Below, piece after piece: positions 57,396-64,000 of a DNA stretch of 64,000 bases (positions are counted from its first letter, which is position 1; every line of letters starts with the position of its first letter). The notes under the pieces were generated by a model. That model saw nothing but the letters and a program-made list of their open reading frames with translations. It searched no databases and was not told the origin of the DNA. The DNA is taken from contig CAVRKI010000004.1 of NCBI GenBank assembly GCA_963721715.1, forward strand, positions 1,426,991-1,490,990. The letters are read 5' to 3'. The translations under genes were made by a program, and so were the position numbers. This DNA is from an uncultured Acidobacteriota bacterium (lineage in GTDB: Bacteria; Acidobacteriota; Vicinamibacteria; Vicinamibacterales; UBA2999).

Positions 57396-57411
57396 AGTGA
57401 TCCACGTCACA
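57396..57411. promoter_or_regulatory. CRP/FNR-type palindrome aGTGA-N6-TCACa upstream of the Crp-family gene
   Basis: AGTGATCCACGTCACA lies 20 nt upstream of GTG 57431, in the divergent region shared with the HAF-repeat gene. Confidence 0.5.
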
Positions 57412-57430
57412 GAACAGGTGGAGGACCATC

Positions 57431-58120
57431 GTGAAGGGCTCGGACGTGCTCGGCGAACTTACGAAATACGAATGGCTGTTACGCCTGTCGGAAGAGGGCC
57501 AGGAGCGGCTTGCGCACGCAGTGAGTCCGTTGCGCGCCTCGCCGGGCCTGCTGCTCCAGGAGGGCGATGCGTGCGGAACGGTGACGCTGCTCTACACCGG
57601 CCATGTGCAGGTGACCAAGCGGCGGGCCTCGGGCCGGGCCATCACGCTCTACACCGTGGAACCGGGTCAGCTGTGCGTGCTCGAGGTGCTGGCGGTGTTG
57701 ACTCGCGCGCCGTTTCGCGCGGAGGCGGCCGCCGAAGCGCCCGTGACGGGGATCGCAATCCCCGGCGATGTGTTCCGGGCCCTGGTCGACGCCGAGCCGC
57801 GGCTGCGCGATGCGGTGTTCCGCATGTTCGAGGCGCGCCTGGCAGCCGCGCTCGAAATGATTGGCGATGTGGCGCTCGAGCGCCTCGAATCACGACTCGC
57901 GGCGACCCTGCTCCGCCACGCGCACGGGATGCCCGACGTGCACGTCACCCACGAGCAGTTGGCCCACGAACTCGCCTGCGCGCGCGAGGCCGTCAGCCGC
58001 ATCCTCGAGCACTGGGAACGCGCCGGCATCGTGCGCCTCGGTCGCGGTCACATCCACCTGGGGTCGCCCACTCGACTGGGCGGCCTCCATGGGCAGAACT
58101 CTGAACTCCTGAACTCCTGA
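57431..58120 (+). CDS. Crp/Fnr-family transcriptional regulator
   Basis: GTG start with GGAGG 7 nt upstream. A cNMP-binding-like N-domain precedes the HTH THEQLAHELACAREAVSRILEHWERAGIV. The last 8 codons lie in the heptamer island. Confidence 0.85.
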   Translation: MKGSDVLGELTKYEWLLRLSEEGQERLAHAVSPLRASPGLLLQEGDACGTVTLLYTGHVQVTKRRASGRAITLYTVEPGQLCVLEVLAVLTRAPFRAEAAAEAPVTGIAIPGDVFRALVDAEPRLRDAVFRMFEARLAAALEMIGDVALERLESRLAATLLRHAHGMPDVHVTHEQLAHELACAREAVSRILEHWERAGIVRLGRGHIHLGSPTRLGGLHGQNSELLNS

Positions 58121-58132
58121 ACTCTGAACTCT
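58096..58132. repeat. Tandem (GAACTCY / GAACTCCT) x5
   Basis: gaactct gaactcct gaactcct gaactct gaactct lies between convergent stops at 58120 (+) and 58133 (-). Confidence 0.95.
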
Positions 58133-58922
58133 CTACAGCGCCGTTCCTGCCGCGCCGTCCACGAACATCCCCTGCCCCGAGATGTAGCTGGCCTTCTCCG
58201 AAGCCAGGAACACCACCAGGTTGGCGAACTCCTCCGGATCGCCGAGGCGACCCAGCGGAATCGACGCCACCGAGGCCTTACGGACGTCCTCGATGGGCTT
58301 GCCGCTGCGCGTCGCGTTCGCCTGATCCAGCTCGGCGATGCGCTCAGTGGAAATCCGTCCCGGCGCGATCACGTTCACCAGGATGCCGTGCGGCGCCAGT
58401 TCCTGCGACATCGTCTTCGCCAGTCCCCACACGCCGGCACGGAAGGCGTTCGACAGGACGAGGTTCGGAATCGGCTGCTTGATCGATGACGAGGCAATCG
58501 TCAGCACGCGGCCGTAGCCGGCCTTCTTCATCTCCGGCACCGCCGCGTGGACGATGCGGACGAAGCTCATGAGATTCTGCTCGAACGCCTGCGCCCACTG
58601 CGGCTCGGTGATCGCCGTGAACGGGCCGGCCGGCGGTCCGCCAGCGTTGTGCACGAGAATCTCCAGCCCGCCGTACGCGGACACGGCGGCGCCGACCAGG
58701 CGCTCGGCTTCCGCGGCGTTGCTGACGTCGGCGGTCAGCGCTTCGACGCGCGCGCCCGGTGTCCTTGCGAATCTGTTCGGCCGCCGCCTGGATGCGCGCC
58801 TCGTCGCGGCTGCAGATCACCAGGTCGCAGCCTTCCTGCGCGAGCCCGCGCGCACAGGCGTATCCCAGTCCACGGCTGGCCGCGAGCACGAGGGCGCGGC
58901 GCCCCTTCAATCCGAGGTTCAT
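58133..58922 (-). CDS. SDR-family oxidoreductase (3-oxoacyl-ACP-reductase-like); frame broken once
   Basis: The cofactor site is MNLGLKGRRALVLAASRGLGYA. NAG and the SDR core lie in ORF 58133..58684. The break is at the ccc run 58755-58757. The start overlaps the upstream stop (ATGA). Confidence 0.85.
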
Positions 58923-59815
58923 GAGCGAAGTTCCAGTCTCCGGAGAATGTCGTCGAGGTCGGCCAGCGTCTCCGCATCGACTGGCGCAAACGGGGCCCGG
59001 GCCCGCGGCGTCGCGATGGCGCCCCGGCGGTGATAGATGTGCTTGCGGATGGCGAGGTTGATCCGCGGCTGGTTCTCGAAGCGGATGAGCGGCAGGTACT
59101 TGTAGAACACGCCGGTCGCGCCGTCGATGTCGCCCGCGGTGTAGCGGGTGTAGATGTCGACCAGGATCTCGGGGTAGCCGAACCCGGTCATGGTGCCGTG
59201 CGCGCCGTGGCGCAGCTCCTCGAGGAACATCATGCCGCCCAGGCCGCCGAGCACGCGGATGTCGGGGTTGGCCGAGCGCACCTGGCTCACCTTCATCGGC
59301 GAGGGCTCGTCCTCGAGCTTCAGGTAGCGGCACTGCGGCGAGGCCGCGCCGATGCGCGCGATCACCTCGACGCTCATCAGGATGCCCCCCACCGACGGCG
59401 GGAAGTCCTGCACCACCACCGGGATGTCGATGGCGTCGGCCACCGCGAGGTAGTGGCGCTCGAGCGCGGCATCGTTGGCCCGCGCCAGCTTCGGCGGCGC
59501 CACCATCACGGCTCGCGCGCCCAGCTCCTGGGCGCGCCGGCTGTAGGCGATGCACCCGTCGGTGCCGGCGTGCGTGGTCCCGACGCAGATCGGAAAGCCG
59601 CTGCCCGCCGCCTCCACCGTGGTGGCGATCACGCGGTCGCGCTCGCCTTCGGTCAGCTTGTCGGCCTCACCGAGCACGCCGAGGATGGTCATGCCGTGCA
59701 CGCCCTTGTCGCGCGTGAACACGGTGAGCCGCTTCAGGCTCTCGATGTCGAGCGAACCATCGTCGGCGAACGGCGTGGGGGTGATGTTGTAGACGCCAGT
59801 CAGGAAATCAGTCAT
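58919..59815 (-). CDS. Dihydrodipicolinate-synthase/N-acetylneuraminate-lyase (DapA) family protein
   Basis: Start at ATG 59815 (MTDFLTGVYNITPTPF). GMTILGVLGEADKLTEGER and YLKLEDE motifs. Intact. Confidence 0.85.
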   Translation of the reverse strand: MTDFLTGVYNITPTPFADDGSLDIESLKRLTVFTRDKGVHGMTILGVLGEADKLTEGERDRVIATTVEAAGSGFPICVGTTHAGTDGCIAYSRRAQELGARAVMVAPPKLARANDAALERHYLAVADAIDIPVVVQDFPPSVGGILMSVEVIARIGAASPQCRYLKLEDEPSPMKVSQVRSANPDIRVLGGLGGMMFLEELRHGAHGTMTGFGYPEILVDIYTRYTAGDIDGATGVFYKYLPLIRFENQPRINLAIRKHIYHRRGAIATPRARAPFAPVDAETLADLDDILRRLELRS

Positions 59816-59858
59816 GTCAGCAGCTGACAACGATATCGCAGTTGGCGCGTTCGGGCGC

Positions 59859-61298
59859 CTAGAACGGACCGGCGCCCCACAGCGCGCCGGCGATGGGACG
59901 CCCGGCATCGACCTCCATGTCCGGCCGCTGGAAGCGGCCGTAGCCCGGGGCGCCGACGATCTCGCCGTCCTGGTAGACAGGCACGCCGCGCACCATCGTG
60001 GTGATCACGGCGCCCTTCATCTTGAAGCCGTCCCAGAGGCGCATGTTGGCGCGCGACTTGGTCAGCGCCGTCGCCGCCTTGAAGCGCCACGCCCGCTTCA
60101 GGTCGACGATGGTGAAGTCGGCGTCCGCGCCCACGGTCATGCGGCCCTTGTTGGGCAGACGGAACACGTGCGCGGGATTCTCCGAGCACACCGCCACGAC
60201 CTGCGGCAGCGTGATGCGCCGCTGGCTGACGGCCGTCAGCATCAGCGGCACGAACACGTCCAGGCCGGCGATGCCGGGCGGCGCCTGGAAGATGTCGTCG
60301 CCGAAGCGCTCCTTGTCCTCGGCCAGGAAGGGCGAGTGATCGGTGCCGACGTACTCGACCAGCCCCCCCTGGATCGCCCACCACAACTCGTCGCGCATCG
60401 TTGCGGAGCGCAGCGGCGGATTGCATTTCGCATACGGGCCCAGCTTGTCGAGCGCCTCCATCGTGAAGAACAGATACGGCGTGCAGGTCTCGACGGTGAC
60501 ATTCAGCCCGCGCAGTCGGGCGTCGGCCGCCAGGCGTGCCGACATCGGGCTGGAGCAATGGACGATGCCGATCGGCAGCGGTTTCTCGGCCGCCCGCGCC
60601 AGCACGACGGCGACGGACACTTCCTCGCACGCCGCGGGCCGGCTCTCGGCGTGGGCCCGGCCTTTGGTCTGCCCCAGCTCTTCCAGGCGCGCCCGCAGCG
60701 GGCCGTACATCCCGGGCTCCTCGCAGTGGAAGCAGTGCCGCAGCCGGGTCAGCCGCACCGCGTCCATCACCGACCGCAGGTCGTCGTGACGGCACCAGAG
60801 GCCGTGGAACTCGTCCTCACGCCCGGCGGGCGGCGGCTGGAGGAAGGTCTTGAACGCAATCGCGCCGGCCTCGGCCTGCTCGACGATCGAGTCGAGGTTG
60901 TCCTTGCCGGCGCCCCCGTACAGCGCATAGTCGATGTGCGCCTGCGGAGCCATCGCCTCGACGCGCGTGCGCAGGTTGGTCGCGGAATTGGTGGGGACCT
61001 TCGAGATCGGCATCTCGAACAGCGTGGTGATGCCGCCCGCCGCGGCGGCGGCCGTGCCCGAGGCGAAGTCCTCGCGCGCCTCGCCACCCGGGTGCCGCGT
61101 GTGGACGTGCGGATCGATCACGCCGGGCAGGACGTGCAGACCCCTGGCGACGTAGGTCTGCTCGGCGACCACCGTGTCGGCCGCCGAGCGGATGGCGGCG
61201 ATCTTCCCGTCGCGGACGCAGACGATGGACGGATGTGCGCGCCCAGCGGCGACGATCGTGCCGCCGATGATGGCCAGGTCGAACCTCTCTTCAGTCAC
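59859..61298 (-). CDS. Cyclic amidohydrolase (allantoinase/dihydroorotase/hydantoinase superfamily)
   Basis: GTG start at 61298. GVIDPHVHTRHPG, AFKTFL, CFHCEE, KCNPPLRS and GTDHSPF motifs. Intact 1.4 kb. Confidence 0.85.
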   Translation of the reverse strand: MTEERFDLAIIGGTIVAAGRAHPSIVCVRDGKIAAIRSAADTVVAEQTYVARGLHVLPGVIDPHVHTRHPGGEAREDFASGTAAAAAGGITTLFEMPISKVPTNSATNLRTRVEAMAPQAHIDYALYGGAGKDNLDSIVEQAEAGAIAFKTFLQPPPAGREDEFHGLWCRHDDLRSVMDAVRLTRLRHCFHCEEPGMYGPLRARLEELGQTKGRAHAESRPAACEEVSVAVVLARAAEKPLPIGIVHCSSPMSARLAADARLRGLNVTVETCTPYLFFTMEALDKLGPYAKCNPPLRSATMRDELWWAIQGGLVEYVGTDHSPFLAEDKERFGDDIFQAPPGIAGLDVFVPLMLTAVSQRRITLPQVVAVCSENPAHVFRLPNKGRMTVGADADFTIVDLKRAWRFKAATALTKSRANMRLWDGFKMKGAVITTMVRGVPVYQDGEIVGAPGYGRFQRPDMEVDAGRPIAGALWGAGPF

Positions 61299-61360
61299 TG
61301 CCCGCCATAGTAGCCGAGGCTGGCGCGGATGGCGCGCCGGTCGCGGTGAAGGGCCCGCCG

Positions 61361-62359
61361 CTAGTGTGCGGGGCGTGAGTCCGGGAACTTGTCCACACGG
61401 TTCAACACCGGCTTCAGAGTGCGCAGGTAGCTGTAGATGGCGCCCAGGTCTTCGCGCGTCATGCCGGCGTACTGCTTCCACGGCATCGCGGTGTTCTGAC
61501 GCTGTTCGGCGTCGGTCAGAACGTGGTCGTCCGGCGCCTCGAAGCCCTTGAACTTGGTGATGAACTGCTCCTCCGTCCACTGCCCGATGCCGGAATCGGC
61601 ATCCGGGGTGATGTTGGCGCTGCGCACGCGGTAGCCCAGTTCGGGGTGGGCGAATTGGAAGCCACCCGCGAAGTCCATGCCCGGGAGCTTCTGGCCGCGG
61701 TCGTCAATCTGCGTATGGCACTCGGCGCAGCTCGCGGCGGTCACCATGTACTTGCCGTAGGCGACGCGATCCTCCGGCGAGGGCCGGACACCCGGGCTCG
61801 CCGCCTTCGGGATGATGTTGACGATGAGGTTCATCGGGAAGTCCAGCGACCGCGCCGGCACCTGGTGCTCGATCCGCGACAGCGTCCGCACGTAGGCGAG
61901 CACGGCCTGGACATCGTCCGAGGCCAGCTGGCCGTAGTTCGGGTAGGGCATCAGCGGGAACATCGCGCGGCCGTCCCTGGCGACGCCGGTGGTGACCGCG
62001 CGCAGCAGATCGCCGTCGCTGTAGTCGCCGATCCCCGCAGGCGTGATGTTCGACGCATACAGGGTGCCGGGCACGCCGGAGTTCGGCGCGTCGAACTTCT
62101 CACCGCCCTGTCCGAAGGTGCCGGGCTTGAGCGGGCCGGCGAACTTCGTCCAGTCTCGTTCCGAGTGGCAGTCTACGCACACCGTGACGTGCTCGGCCAG
62201 GTACTTGCCGCGCGCCAGCGCCTCTGGAGAAGTCGGCAGCGTGACCGCCTGGGCCGGCGGGACGTCGGGGAAGCGGTTGAGGAAGTAGACCAGGCCCGCA
62301 CCCGCGATTCCGAGCCCGAGCAGGAGCAGGACACCAACAACTTTGAGGAGGAGACGCAT
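61361..62359 (-). CDS. Membrane-anchored dihaem c-type cytochrome
   Basis: N-terminal TM segment. Two CxxCH motifs (CVDCH, CAECH). Intact. Confidence 0.85.
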   Translation of the reverse strand: MRLLLKVVGVLLLLGLGIAGAGLVYFLNRFPDVPPAQAVTLPTSPEALARGKYLAEHVTVCVDCHSERDWTKFAGPLKPGTFGQGGEKFDAPNSGVPGTLYASNITPAGIGDYSDGDLLRAVTTGVARDGRAMFPLMPYPNYGQLASDDVQAVLAYVRTLSRIEHQVPARSLDFPMNLIVNIIPKAASPGVRPSPEDRVAYGKYMVTAASCAECHTQIDDRGQKLPGMDFAGGFQFAHPELGYRVRSANITPDADSGIGQWTEEQFITKFKGFEAPDDHVLTDAEQRQNTAMPWKQYAGMTREDLGAIYSYLRTLKPVLNRVDKFPDSRPAH

Positions 62360-62428
62360 AGGGGTGAGCAGATTGTAGACCGGAGTCGCGTCAGGCGGGC
62401 GCCGGAGCGCGCGTCGTCTGTCGCGCGC

Positions 62429-64000
62429 CTAGCGAGCGGGCCGCTGATCGATGCGGCGCTGGAGCCCCCCGAGCTGATCTCCGATCGCGGTCAGCTCAGA
62501 CCGCACCTCGTCCAGCCGCTGGCGCTCGGCGCGCACGAAGCGCGTGTAGGGCAGCACCGCGTCCTGGATGCGCGAGACGCTGCGATCCACCTCGCGATCG
62601 AACTGCGCGGTGAGTGACTCGACCAGCTGGCGCCGCATCGCCTCGATCCGCGTCGCGCATTGCCGACTTGGCCTGCGCTCGGCGCACGGGGATCACGAAG
62701 AGTCCGATCACCGCGAGCGCGCCCGCGGCCAGGATACCGGTGACATCCGCGAAGGTGGTGGTCGCCAGCGCCGTCACCGCGGCGCCCAGTCCCAGCGCCC
62801 CGACTTCGGCCAACGCGGTGCCCGCCACCGCCATCCGCACCGATTCGGCCATCGCCTCGCGACTCACGGGCGTGGTCGTAGTCGCCAAGGGTCCGCTCGG
62901 CGGCGCGACCCACCGTGTCCAGCAGTCGCGCCCGGTCGTACTCGAAGCGGCTGTCGACGGCGCCGGTCAGCCGCTCGGCGTGCGCCATCCGCCGCGACTC
63001 GATGCGCGTCATCACGCCCTGCCACTGCCGCAGGTCGCTCGCCACCATCCAGTCGACGATGTCCATGCACCTGACGCTCGATCGAGGGCCGGCATGTCCT
63101 GAATGCACGTCGCGTTCGAACTCCGCCTTCAGCCGGCTCTTGTTCAGCAGGTCGAACACCCGCCCGAGACGCAGCGTGTCGTCGAAGAAGGCAACGCCCC
63201 GCCGTTCGAACTCGTGGAGGACGTTGTCCACCGACGACAGCCGGTGGCGGAACTCGCGGCCCATGTCCTCGCGATACAGCGCCGAGCTGCCGCTCGATGT
63301 CGTCGATCGCCAGCAGGTCGTCCTGCAGCAGGGCGAGCTCGGCGTCGGGCGGCGGCCAGGTGCCGCTCGGCAAGGCGGCGCCCCACGCCGATCGGGTTGA
63401 GCAGCTTCAGCCGCAGGCGCTCGCGTTCGTCGAGCGTCGTCGCGATGAACTGCTCGAGCGCGCCGAACGACTCGGCACCCGGCGCCGGCTGGCCCGACAG
63501 CTTGGCGCGAAGCGCGAGGCGGGCCGACACCGGGAAGACCGAGGGCTCGACGCCCGAGCAGCGCCGACGCGCTCTGCCGCACGAACGCTGAGCACGCTGT
63601 CCAGGTCGGCGGCGGTCTCGAGGATGTCGACCTTGTTGATGACGATGACGATCTTCTTGCCCCACTCGCGGATCACCTCGAGGAAGCCGCGCTCGGTTTC
63701 GGTGAACGGGCGATCGGCCGAGGTGACGAACAGGACGAAGTCGGCGCGGGGCACGAAGTCGGTGGTGATCGCCTCGTGCTCGCGGAAGATGGCGTTGGTG
63801 CCGGGCGTGTCGACGATGTGGATCTCGCGGAGCATCTCGACCGGCGCCGCGATCGTGTCCACCGAGGCCGTGGACGACACCTGCGCCACCGCGGGCCCGT
63901 GCACCAGCACGTGCACGCGCCGGGTCGTCGGCGTCGCGCCCTCTTCGAGCACGCGCTGACCGATCAGCGCGTTGATGAACGTGCTCTTGCCGGAGTTGAA
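62429..64000 (-). CDS. Bacterial dynamin-like GTPase, N-terminus outside window; frame broken at least 6 times
   Basis: The P-loop FNSGKSTFINAL lies at the window edge, followed by IVDTPGTNA and VINKVD G-motifs. The stalk and paddle (VAGTALAEVGALGLGAAVTALATT) and the C-terminal helices are spread over ORFs 63407.., 63144.., 62864.., 62491.., 62496.. and 62429... Confidence 0.75.

Overview
GC-rich (about two-thirds G+C by eye) bacterial chromosomal segment with about 62 protein-coding genes. I recognise no rRNA, tRNA, CRISPR array, transposase, integrase or phage genes. The gene content suggests a soil Acidobacteriota-like organism (inference): an ADOP-type duplicated FtsX permease, a HAF-repeat protein, many exported hydrolases and an ECF sigma/NrsF pair. 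Coding content is mostly peptidases and amidohydrolases, serine and metallo-beta-lactamase-fold hydrolases, a LolCDE-like ABC system, sulfur amino-acid enzymes, metal and xenobiotic stress genes, and a dynamin-like GTPase. Five things stand out. (1) Short tandem 7-8 nt repeat islands (STRR-like) sit at almost every operon boundary, once inside a CDS, and often supply the stop codon. A second, REP-like GC-rich palindromic repeat family occurs in four islands. (2) A MerB-like alkylmercury-lyase homologue has an in-frame TGA exactly where MerB has its catalytic Cys159. A hairpin with a GGUC loop follows at fdhF-SECIS-like spacing, so this is a candidate selenoprotein. (3) About 40 frame breaks affect about 24 genes. 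Every one of the seven breaks I resolved to the nucleotide is one extra base in a C or G run, so sequencing or consensus error is likelier than real pseudogenes. (4) A 12-gene translationally coupled minus-strand array lies beside an ArsR-SRPBCC regulator that has a perfect 16-bp palindromic operator. (5) Several apparently leaderless promoters have a TANNNT box 7-8 nt upstream of the start codon. All product calls rest on motif recognition by eye, not on database searches.
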